Notes under the pieces: generated by a model
The model's database searches: none
Seen by the model: the letters and a program-made list of their open reading frames with translations, nothing else
Told to the model about the DNA's origin: nothing
Part shown: piece by piece, positions 1 to 7,421 of the stretch
How positions within the stretch are numbered: the first letter of the stretch is position 1
Layout: each line of letters starts with the position of its first letter
IMG/VR virus record: IMGVR_UViG_3300017910_000724
Coordinates: 1 to 25,587 of that record
From: a virus
Taxonomy: Duplodnaviria > Caudoviricetes
DNA length: 25,587 nt
Direction: 5' to 3' (one strand)
Made by a program: the position numbers and the translations under genes

Positions 1-5
1 ATACA

Positions 6-19
6 CCGCCTGGCGGCGG
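6..19 (-). terminator. Possible GC hairpin downstream of the minus-strand gene
   Basis: CCGCC(6-10)-TGGC-GGCGG(15-19); a U-tract cannot be assessed because the window ends. Confidence 0.25.
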
Positions 20-35
20 CGATATTAAGCAGAGA

Positions 36-269
36 CTATTTAGTCTCTACTTGATGCTCGCGAGCCCATGTTGGTAAGTTGTTACTGTTAGTGTAGTTAC
101 CATACTTGTGCCAGCATTCCATAGTTTCTAGTCTTTGCTGATTAGCAGCGTATACTGCATCGTGCTCGTAAGTGAATGTTTGATTTTTCTTGTTAGTGAA
201 AGTAATGATTGTGTTTTTACCAATTAGTGACTTTCTCATTACGAATCTTTTAGTAGTTAATGTTGACAT
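36..269 (-). CDS. Hypothetical phage protein (77 aa), divergent from the late cluster
   Basis: ATG preceded on the minus strand by the A-rich leader TAACTAATTAAATTAAATAAC and by two copies of a bipartite motif; protein-like composition. Confidence 0.75.
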   Translation of the reverse strand: MSTLTTKRFVMRKSLIGKNTIITFTNKKNQTFTYEHDAVYAANQQRLETMECWHKYGNYTNSNNLPTWAREHQVETK

Positions 270-298
270 GTTATTTAATTTAATTAGTTATATATTAT

Positions 299-330
299 TA
301 TTATCTATTGTAAGTCTAAATAAATTTGTG
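299..330 (-). promoter_or_regulatory. Bipartite motif copy 1 (minus strand CACAAATTTA-N14-AGATAATA), putative promoter
   Basis: TATTATCT at 299-306 and TAAATTTGTG at 321-330; identical boxes and spacing in copy 2. Confidence 0.55.
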
Positions 331-384
331 AAAACTTTATATTGTTTTAATTTAATTTATATTTTTTTAGTTGTCTTACATATA

Positions 385-416
385 TATTATCTGTAAACAA
401 ACTGGTTAAATTTGTG
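385..416 (-). promoter_or_regulatory. Bipartite motif copy 2, putative promoter
   Basis: TATTATCT at 385-392 and TAAATTTGTG at 407-416; same 14-nt spacer length but different spacer sequence. Confidence 0.55.
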
Positions 417-423
417 CTAAAAG

Positions 424-583
424 CGGGGCTGGGTAAAATAAAACGACTTTTGTTTTAAGGCGGCAAGCACAGAGGGGGGGGGGCTACACTTTACTCCACA
501 ACTTCTAATATTTTTCAAAATAATGACAGTAGCCTATTAAGGATACTAATAGCACCCTTGTGTCACAGTAAACGATATTTACT
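424..583. other. Non-coding strand-switch element with G-runs and several inverted repeats (possible terminus/pac/ori region)
   Basis: G10 at 474-483; GGGGCTGGG at 425-433; dyads at 434-457, 524-565 and 567-583. Confidence 0.4.
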
Positions 584-601
584 ATGCGTAATACTTTATA
601 T

Positions 602-856
602 ATGGCATTTAAAATGATATCACCACTAAAAAGACAAAACCTTTCACCTAAGGCGGCAGCAGACAAGAAGGCTCGTGATTTAGCGTTTGCAAAAACAACT
701 AGCAGGCGTAATAAAAAAGCTGAGAACCAACGTAAAAGACGTGAAGCAGAGAAAAACGGCGTAGATATAACTGATAAAGACTACGACCACACTACTAATT
801 CTTTTGTTTCTGTTAAAGACAACAGAGGTGAATTTGGTAAAGGTACAAGAACATAA
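602..856 (+). CDS. Small basic protein (84 aa from MAFKM) with a degenerate HNH-like motif
   Basis: ORF track start is 584; ATG 602 preferred because it gives the MAFK N-terminus shared with other ORFs; DKDYDH...NRG resembles a shortened HNH core. Confidence 0.65.
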   Translation: MAFKMISPLKRQNLSPKAAADKKARDLAFAKTTSRRNKKAENQRKRREAEKNGVDITDKDYDHTTNSFVSVKDNRGEFGKGTRT

Positions 857-910
857 GTAATAATATATACATCGATACAAAATATTAAAAAAACAAAAAC
901 AATATAAGAC

Positions 911-1243
911 ATGCCAGGCTATCACTCACCTAAAAAGAAACATTGCTTTAAGATGAAAGCATCGGGTTATGATAATAATCCTATGAAGAAAAATTTTCCA
1001 GAAGCATTCAAGTTTAACGCAGAGCTTAAAAAAGCATCGGCAGACGGACTACTAGATAACAATCCTAAGTTTAAAGCGGCGGTTGATAGTAGCATGAATT
1101 ATGGCTCTGCCTACAAGAAAATGATGCAGTGCTCAATGTGTACTAAGCGTACAGCTATGGGTAAATGTAACTGTGGTAAAAATACAAAAGAAGGAAGATC
1201 AGTATCTTCTGCGTTTCAAAAATACGGTTGTAAAAACAAATAA
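911..1243 (+). CDS. Small basic hypothetical protein with a Cys cluster
   Basis: 110-aa ORF, A-rich leader, CSMC...CNC, internal FKMK/SAYK/SAFQ motifs. Confidence 0.7.
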   Translation: MPGYHSPKKKHCFKMKASGYDNNPMKKNFPEAFKFNAELKKASADGLLDNNPKFKAAVDSSMNYGSAYKKMMQCSMCTKRTAMGKCNCGKNTKEGRSVSSAFQKYGCKNK

Positions 1244-1245
1244 TT

Positions 1246-1854
1246 ATGGCATTTAAACTAAAATCACAAAAATCAGTTAAATCTGGAGGATTTAAAATGA
1301 TGGGTAGTAGCCCTAAGAAAAGCGCGCTTCCATTACAGCCTAGTCTTAAAACTACTTATAAAGAAGCTTTTGAAAGAATGAAGCCAACTAAAAGTGGTAC
1401 TAGAGTAGATAAGTTTGGCAACATTTACAAAAACACTAAAGAAGGGTTTGAAAAATTTAAAGCAGCTGCTAAAGATTATAACGCTAAGAAAAACAAAGGT
1501 GCTGGAAAAACCTCAGCACAACCTACAAAAACTGTTAATATTCCAAAGGTTGATTTATCAAAAGCTAAACCAACAATAGATAAATTAGTAAATACAGCTA
1601 AAGAAACTTTAAACAAAATTCAACCAACAGTTAAAAACGAAACAAAAGTTAAGTTAAAGAAAAACAAAACAACTGGTAGAACTAAGACTAAAACTGTTGA
1701 AAAAGTAGGCGATAAAGTTATTAAAACAAAAACCATAACAGACAGACAAGGTAATACTAAAACTAAAACTAAAACCAGAAAAAGAACAGGTGGCAAAGGA
1801 AAACAAAAGATTGCTAAAGCACTTGTTAAGTTAGCTGGAAGAATCGTAACTTAA
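1246..1854 (+). CDS. Very Lys/Thr-rich basic protein, possibly DNA-condensing or internal virion protein
   Basis: 202-aa ORF, MAFKLK N-terminus, TKTKTK low-complexity C-terminal half. Confidence 0.75.
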   Translation: MAFKLKSQKSVKSGGFKMMGSSPKKSALPLQPSLKTTYKEAFERMKPTKSGTRVDKFGNIYKNTKEGFEKFKAAAKDYNAKKNKGAGKTSAQPTKTVNIPKVDLSKAKPTIDKLVNTAKETLNKIQPTVKNETKVKLKKNKTTGRTKTKTVEKVGDKVIKTKTITDRQGNTKTKTKTRKRTGGKGKQKIAKALVKLAGRIVT

Positions 1855-1882
1855 ATCAATTATTAACCAATAAATAAAACCA

Positions 1883-2191
1883 ATGACCTATTTATTTTAC
1901 AAGACCAGTAGCAGTACATATACTGGCAGACCTCAAACTAATGATAAAACAATTGCTGAGTGGACTCACTTATCTGAAAAGAAAAACTGGAGAATAACTC
2001 AGCTGCCTAACGGATACTACCAAACAGAAGTTTGCGGTATTGAAGACGCTGATAAGTGGCATGATGTCACGCGTAGAGAAACACTCGAGGGCGCTGAAGC
2101 CGCTATCGACGGTAGTATTGAGCACTTTACTAAGAAACTAGAGGCTACAAAAGGACCTAAGATAGTTAAGACGTTTAAAAATGAGGAATAG
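1883..2191 (+). CDS. Hypothetical phage protein (102 aa)
   Basis: A-rich leader, globular-looking sequence (WRITQLPNGYYQTE, DVTRRETLEGAE). Confidence 0.8.
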   Translation: MTYLFYKTSSSTYTGRPQTNDKTIAEWTHLSEKKNWRITQLPNGYYQTEVCGIEDADKWHDVTRRETLEGAEAAIDGSIEHFTKKLEATKGPKIVKTFKNEE

Positions 2192-3155
2192 AAATTATAT
2201 AGGGGGAGTCGGCAAGGTTTCCCCTTTTTTACAAGAAGATGATTTTTTTCCAGATCCTAACACATCTGTTTCAGAACAAGTTAAAGAACAGCAAGAGCAA
2301 GACGAACTAGATAAAACTTTAGATAAAAAAAAGTTTGAAGATCAACAGGAAATATATGATATTGATCCTGTAGATTTTGCAGACGCCGTAGCAATGACAG
2401 GTGTACCTGTTGTGTCTGAAGCTGCTGATTTAGTTAGCGCTGGAGTTTCCGCAAGTAGAGGTGACTATAGCGCTACAGCTTTAAGTTTAGCTGGTGTTAT
2501 AGCGCCTTTTGCAGGAGGTAAAGTATTAAAAGAAGGCAAGAAGTTTGCTAATAAAAATGAAATGGCTGATAGAATAAATTTAGCCATGAAAAACAACGAT
2601 GCTAAAATTATAGAAAGCGATCCTAGATTTACGGCAGAGCAAAAAAGAGAAATACTTACAAATGCTAAAATGCCTTGGAATCAAACAGTTAAAGAAGTAG
2701 AGTTTACCAATTACGGGAAAATAAAAGATAAAGCAGAACTTGGAAGAATAACTGCTGATGCGACTAGAGGTATCGGTCAAACAGGTAGAGCTATAGACGC
2801 TACAGGATTTAAAGTATCAGACTTAAGTATTGATGATGTCAAGAAAGTAGGTAGTAAAGGCGGAAGAGATATATACGAAGTAACATATCCAAATGGAAAA
2901 AAGTTGAAGTTTTGGGAGTCTTCTGGCACAGGTAATAAACCTGTTAGGCTAAGTCCGCGAAATGCTGATATGAACGCTTCAAACTCAAAAGGATATTTCG
3001 GTGTAGTATCAGGTGAACTTGACGGTAGTGCTGTAGGCATGAGCGACGGTTGGTTTATAAAATCAGACGGATGGGAAAGAGGCTATGGATCTGAATCTAT
3101 AGAAGACACCGGCTTGTGGCTAAGAGAATTAAAAAAATCTGGCAAGTTAAAATAA
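2181..3155 (+). CDS. Polymorphic-toxin-like protein: PT-TG (pre-toxin TG)-like domain plus an uncharacterised C-terminal domain
   Basis: aa ~65-118 (DAVAMTGVPVVSEAADLVSAGVSASRGDYSATALSLAGVIAPFAGGK) match the PT-TG pattern 'D..g.iPvvGe.AD..na.i...rGD...A.LS.aa.iP..G'. Confidence 0.7.
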   Translation: MRNRNYIGGVGKVSPFLQEDDFFPDPNTSVSEQVKEQQEQDELDKTLDKKKFEDQQEIYDIDPVDFADAVAMTGVPVVSEAADLVSAGVSASRGDYSATALSLAGVIAPFAGGKVLKEGKKFANKNEMADRINLAMKNNDAKIIESDPRFTAEQKREILTNAKMPWNQTVKEVEFTNYGKIKDKAELGRITADATRGIGQTGRAIDATGFKVSDLSIDDVKKVGSKGGRDIYEVTYPNGKKLKFWESSGTGNKPVRLSPRNADMNASNSKGYFGVVSGELDGSAVGMSDGWFIKSDGWERGYGSESIEDTGLWLRELKKSGKLK

Positions 3156-3200
3156 GCCGCTATAGAGTAACTATAATAATAACTAATTTAATTTAATAAA

Positions 3201-4769
3201 ATGGAATACAATATCCCTGGCGCTATTGTCAAAGATCTTAACTTTGGCGATGACGCAAGAACTAAAATTAAGACCGGTGTTGAAAAACTAGCATCGGCAG
3301 TTAAATCTACACTTGGCGCATCTGGAAAATGCGTTATCTACGAAGACAGTAGAGGTAACCCTGTTATAACTAAAGACGGAGTTACTGTCGCACAATCAGT
3401 AAATTTATATGATCCCGTCGAGAACATTGGAGCTACGCTTATTAAAGAAGCTGCTCAAAAAACTGTTCGAGAAGCTGGTGACGGTACAACTACAGCTACG
3501 GTACTAGCTGAAGCTTTGTTAAGTCAAGTATATAAAGAGTCTGGCTCTTCTATACGAGACATAAAGCAAGGTATAGACGAAGCTGTCAAAGAAGTTATTG
3601 AGTATTTAGATTCTATATCTATAGAAGTAAACAATGACACTTTAGACAATGTAGCTGCTATTAGTTGTAACAACGACAAAGAGCTAGGATCTATAATTGC
3701 TGAAGCTTACAAAACAGTAGGTAAAGAAGGCGTTGTATTGATGGAAGAATCAGACACAGAAGAAACTTATGTTGAAACAGTTGAAGGTATTCAGTTAGAC
3801 TGTCCATTGTCTTCTCCACACTTTATAACTAACACAGACAAACAGAGAGCTGAACTAGACAATCCTTTTGTGCTTATTTGCATGTCTGAAATACCAAACG
3901 TTAGAAAGATTCAAGGTATACTAGAATACGTTATTAAAAACAACCGATCTTTACTTATCATAGCGCCTGTGGCACAGCAAGTAAAGTCGGCGCTTCTAAT
4001 GAATAAAGTAAAAGGTAACATTAAAGTAAATATTATTGATTTACCAGGCTTTGGTCCTAACAAGAAAGATACATGTGAAGATGTAGGTATTATAACTGGC
4101 GCTACTGTTTTTAATGAAGAGCTTGGTGATGACTTAGACTCTATGACGCCTGAAGATCTTGGTGAAGCCGACTATTCTGTAACTGATGAGAAAAATACAG
4201 TTATAACGCTAGATGGTATGACTGAAGATCTTGAAGGCAGAATAGACGAAGTAGTTAAGCGTATTGCTGAAGAGAAAAACAGCTATTTAAAAAAGAAGCT
4301 AGAAGACAGGTTGGCTATATTGTCTGGTAGCGTAGCTATTGTTAAAGTTGGTGGTAACTCTAAAATAGAGATTAAAGAAAAGAAAGATAGAGTTGAAGAC
4401 GCTATATATGCTGTTAAGGCTGCTTTAAAAGAAGGTATAGTACCTGGCGGTGGTGTTGCTTTGTTAAACGCTTCTCAAAAAATTTCGACCGACACAGTCG
4501 GTGGCAGCATAGTTGCTAAGACTATAAGAACTCCATTTGACACTATATTAGCTAATGCAGGTATATTTATAGATAAAGATGCTGTAGACCATGAAGGTTA
4601 TGGAAGAGACGCTATAACTAGTGAAAGAATCGACATGATTAAATCTGGTATTATAGATCCAGTGCTTGTCACTAAAACAGCTTTAAAAAATGCGGCTAGT
4701 GTAGTTTCTACTATTATATCTGCTGATTGTGTAATTTCAAACGTAAGATTAGATGAGAGCAGTAAATAA
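3201..4769 (+). CDS. groEL: Phage-encoded chaperonin GroEL (Cpn60), 522 aa
   Basis: ITKDGVTVA, AGDGTTTATVLA, KKDRVEDA, GIVPGGGVAL and GIIDP motifs; no C-terminal GGM tail. Confidence 0.97.
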   Translation: MEYNIPGAIVKDLNFGDDARTKIKTGVEKLASAVKSTLGASGKCVIYEDSRGNPVITKDGVTVAQSVNLYDPVENIGATLIKEAAQKTVREAGDGTTTATVLAEALLSQVYKESGSSIRDIKQGIDEAVKEVIEYLDSISIEVNNDTLDNVAAISCNNDKELGSIIAEAYKTVGKEGVVLMEESDTEETYVETVEGIQLDCPLSSPHFITNTDKQRAELDNPFVLICMSEIPNVRKIQGILEYVIKNNRSLLIIAPVAQQVKSALLMNKVKGNIKVNIIDLPGFGPNKKDTCEDVGIITGATVFNEELGDDLDSMTPEDLGEADYSVTDEKNTVITLDGMTEDLEGRIDEVVKRIAEEKNSYLKKKLEDRLAILSGSVAIVKVGGNSKIEIKEKKDRVEDAIYAVKAALKEGIVPGGGVALLNASQKISTDTVGGSIVAKTIRTPFDTILANAGIFIDKDAVDHEGYGRDAITSERIDMIKSGIIDPVLVTKTALKNAASVVSTIISADCVISNVRLDESSK

Positions 4770-5010
4770 TTATGTAGTTATAGAAAAAATAAAAGATACC
4801 GAAAAGAAAGTAGGTGGTTTAATTATTACGGAAGATACAAACGATGACGTTAGATACTTCAAAGCTAAAGTAATATCTGCAGGCGAAACCGTGAAAGGTA
4901 TATCTGAAAATGACGTTGTCTGGTATGACAGGCATGCAGGTTACGGTATAGAATACAATGACAGCTTTTATTTTGTAATTAAAGCAAGTGATATTGTATT
5001 AGTAGATTAA
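4753..5010 (+). CDS. groES: Co-chaperonin GroES (Cpn10), 85 aa
   Basis: NNYVVIE, mobile loop EKKVGGLII, AKVISAG, DVVWYDRHAG, DIV; overlaps the groEL end by 17 nt. Confidence 0.9.
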   Translation: MRAVNNYVVIEKIKDTEKKVGGLIITEDTNDDVRYFKAKVISAGETVKGISENDVVWYDRHAGYGIEYNDSFYFVIKASDIVLVD

Positions 5011-5084
5011 ACACAAACCGTAAACTTTCAATCCACAAACATAAAATCTAATAAACAAATTTATTAATCAAACAAAAAAAAATC

Positions 5085-5426
5085 ATGAATTATTTGTATT
5101 TTGCAGAAGGAGCAGTAGAAACAACTGGCGAAGCAGCGATGTACCCAGCTAGCTCTTTCCTTGGATTAGATCCAATATCAGACACTACAACTCGCTTGTC
5201 TTTTTTATCAAGAAACAACGCTGGTGCTGGAGATGACGATGTGTTATTAACGCACGCGTCTGGAAAGCATAGACAAGTTGCTGAGCTTATTGCTGAAATT
5301 TTAGAACCAAGCCCTGTAACAACAGGTAAATTTATCGTAGTAGCAGACGAAGCTAACGGCGTTTACTTAGATATAGGCAATGGCGCTGGATTAACTGGAG
5401 TAGTTGAAGTAACCACATTAGCTTAA
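5085..5426 (+). CDS. Tandem paralogue 1 of 3 (unknown, probably virion structural)
   Basis: YLYFAE..TTGEAAMYPASSFLGLDPIS shared with the next two ORFs. Confidence 0.85.
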   Translation: MNYLYFAEGAVETTGEAAMYPASSFLGLDPISDTTTRLSFLSRNNAGAGDDDVLLTHASGKHRQVAELIAEILEPSPVTTGKFIVVADEANGVYLDIGNGAGLTGVVEVTTLA

Positions 5427-5451
5427 TTATTAACTTTTAAAAAAAACAAAA

Positions 5452-5808
5452 ATGGAAACATATTTTTATTTCGGAGAAAATGACGTAGCTACTACTGGTG
5501 AAGCAGCTATGTTCCCACTATCATCGTTTTTAGGCGCAACTCCAAGCGGTGACGACAGCGTAATGTTACACTTTAAAGCTAGAAACGGATCTGCTAGTTA
5601 CGACACTGTTAATGTTGACTTTGCAGCTTCTCACACGGGTTTAGGAGATAGCACTAGACAAACAAAAGATACTATGCAAGACATTGCTTTACTGTTTCAA
5701 TCAGGCGGTAAGAAAAAGTTTGTAAACTTCTTTGATGGTGAAGACAAAACAGGTGTAGCTAGCTTTATTGTAACTGTAGACGCACTTTCAATTACAACAG
5801 TAGCTTAA
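5452..5808 (+). CDS. Tandem paralogue 2 of 3
   Basis: YFYFGE..TTGEAAMFPLSSFLG; ends ITTVA like VTTLA of paralogue 1. Confidence 0.85.
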   Translation: METYFYFGENDVATTGEAAMFPLSSFLGATPSGDDSVMLHFKARNGSASYDTVNVDFAASHTGLGDSTRQTKDTMQDIALLFQSGGKKKFVNFFDGEDKTGVASFIVTVDALSITTVA

Positions 5809-5826
5809 TTATTAAAAAATAGAAAA

Positions 5827-6168
5827 ATGAAAAATACATATTTATATTTTGCAGAAAACTTAGATGCTAACGCAGCCGGTGATGCTTGCATGTACCCTGT
5901 AGCTAACTTTACAGGTATAGATCCAATATCAGCAACGACTAGTAGAATATCATTCAAAGCTTTAACTGGAAACGCTGCAGATGATGATATATTAGTAACA
6001 CACGCTAGTGGTAAGTATAAGGCTCTCTGTGAAGGTTTAGCTGAAATACTTAATACTGATGATGTAGGTTTAGTAACAGTGTTTGACGAAGATAATAGTT
6101 TAACACACAGAATATTACTTGACCTAGAAGTTGGTATAACTGAAATCAACATTACTCTTGACACTTAA
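5827..6168 (+). CDS. Tandem paralogue 3 of 3
   Basis: YLYFAE..GDACMYPVANFTGIDPIS..DDDILVTHASGK aligns with paralogue 1. Confidence 0.85.
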   Translation: MKNTYLYFAENLDANAAGDACMYPVANFTGIDPISATTSRISFKALTGNAADDDILVTHASGKYKALCEGLAEILNTDDVGLVTVFDEDNSLTHRILLDLEVGITEINITLDT

Positions 6169-6171
6169 TAG

Positions 6172-6612
6172 TTGAGATTAACTAGTCACGACATACGTGA
6201 ATTGCAAATCCTTAAGTATTACAGGCTCACTAGAAAGTGGGCTTGTAAGACTTACGGTTTGACAGATGCAGACTTAGAGCTATTAGTTTATTTAGACTGC
6301 AAAAAAAGATTTACACGCAGAGAATTTGAAGATGGAGAGTATACTCTTAGCTGGGACAAACACAGATGGGAGAAGTTAAGGCGAGATGGTTGGATAGACG
6401 TTTGGAGACAAAGAAACAGAACAACTATAAAATATTCTATATACAAAACGTCTTTTAAGTGCCAACAACTAATAAGTAGAATTTACAGAATATTATTAGG
6501 CGAAGAAGATGTACCAACTTCTGAAAGAAGCGTGTTTTATAAAAACAAAACATATACTGATAAAGTTTATAACAAAGCTTTAGATGATATGATTAAAGAT
6601 CCAGAAAGATAA
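6172..6612 (+). CDS. Putative MarR-like winged-helix DNA-binding protein (TTG start)
   Basis: YGLTDADLELLVYL...KLRRDGWI...IYKTSFK pattern resembles MarR-type wHTH; basic protein. Confidence 0.5.
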   Translation: MRLTSHDIRELQILKYYRLTRKWACKTYGLTDADLELLVYLDCKKRFTRREFEDGEYTLSWDKHRWEKLRRDGWIDVWRQRNRTTIKYSIYKTSFKCQQLISRIYRILLGEEDVPTSERSVFYKNKTYTDKVYNKALDDMIKDPER

Positions 6613-6998
6613 TGGCATTTAAACTAGGAAAAAGACCGGCACCAATAACAGAGCGTAAAATGGCTTTTAAAAAGCAAAGCAATTTATCTGTTCCTGGTAC
6701 TCCAGTTTTAAAAAGAACTTTAGAACAAGGAGTAATAGGTGAAGCTAATATGGACGGCACAATATTCGTTAGTGATAAGATAGATGATAACGACCCTATG
6801 ATGCATAGAGTTTTAAATCATGAAATGCAACACATAACAGATATGAAAACTGGTAGGTCTACTTACACTGATGATTACGTTATGCACGACGGTGTAATGT
6901 GGCCAAGACTCAATGGGTTTATATTAGATCCGTTCACTGGTAAAAAATATAAAGAAGGAGATACTAATCTACCTTGGGAATCAAATAAAGTTGAATAA
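6612..6998 (+). CDS. Putative zinc metallopeptidase (HExxH)
   Basis: GEAN.DGTIFV strand followed by VLNHEMQH helix and a downstream PWE; TAATG coupling; MAFKL N-terminus. Confidence 0.65.
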   Translation: MAFKLGKRPAPITERKMAFKKQSNLSVPGTPVLKRTLEQGVIGEANMDGTIFVSDKIDDNDPMMHRVLNHEMQHITDMKTGRSTYTDDYVMHDGVMWPRLNGFILDPFTGKKYKEGDTNLPWESNKVE

Positions 6999-7420
6999 TG
7001 ATAAATAATTTAGTAGGAGGTTTGTTTGGCAAGCTTGTTGATAATGCTGAAGGCATACTTGATAAAGTTATTACTACAGACAAAGAAAGAGATGAAGCTA
7101 AACTAGCTTTAAAAAAAATACTTCTTGATGCAGAACGTGAAGCTTTTGCAAAAGAAGTTGAAGATCGTAAATCTGCACGTGATCTATATAAAGACGATGC
7201 TATTATTCAAAAAGTATTAGCAACTTTATTTACTGTAGCTTATTTCGGTATTACTTTTGTAATGTTTAACTACTTTGTTACAAAAACAATAGAATTAGGT
7301 GAATTTGAAATTAGCTTTATATCAACAATATTTGGTGCTATGAGTGCTAAAGTAAATACAATAATAGACTTCTTCTTTGGTGGAAGTTCAAAGAAAAACG
7401 AACAAATAAAAGAAAAATAA
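6998..7420 (+). CDS. Putative holin (GTA 3TM-holin-like)
   Basis: Amphipathic N-terminus, DKVITTDKERDEAK, EDRKSAR, two hydrophobic segments, FFFGGS, basic C-terminus. Confidence 0.65.
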   Translation: MINNLVGGLFGKLVDNAEGILDKVITTDKERDEAKLALKKILLDAEREAFAKEVEDRKSARDLYKDDAIIQKVLATLFTVAYFGITFVMFNYFVTKTIELGEFEISFISTIFGAMSAKVNTIIDFFFGGSSKKNEQIKEK

Positions 7421-7421
7421 A

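Noticed and set aside
190-396. 68-aa + strand ORF in the track
   Set aside because: Overlaps the minus-strand gene and the AT-rich promoter-like repeats; hydrophobic low-complexity translation typical of spurious ORFs
1883-2191. Immunity gene for the PT-TG protein
   Set aside because: It lies upstream rather than downstream and shows no recognisable immunity motif; only the 11-nt overlap links them, so it is not called
5011-5084. A/C-rich intergenic stretch with two CACAAAC copies resembling the CACAAAT box
   Set aside because: No AGATAATA partner at the 14-nt spacing; more simply an unstructured translation leader
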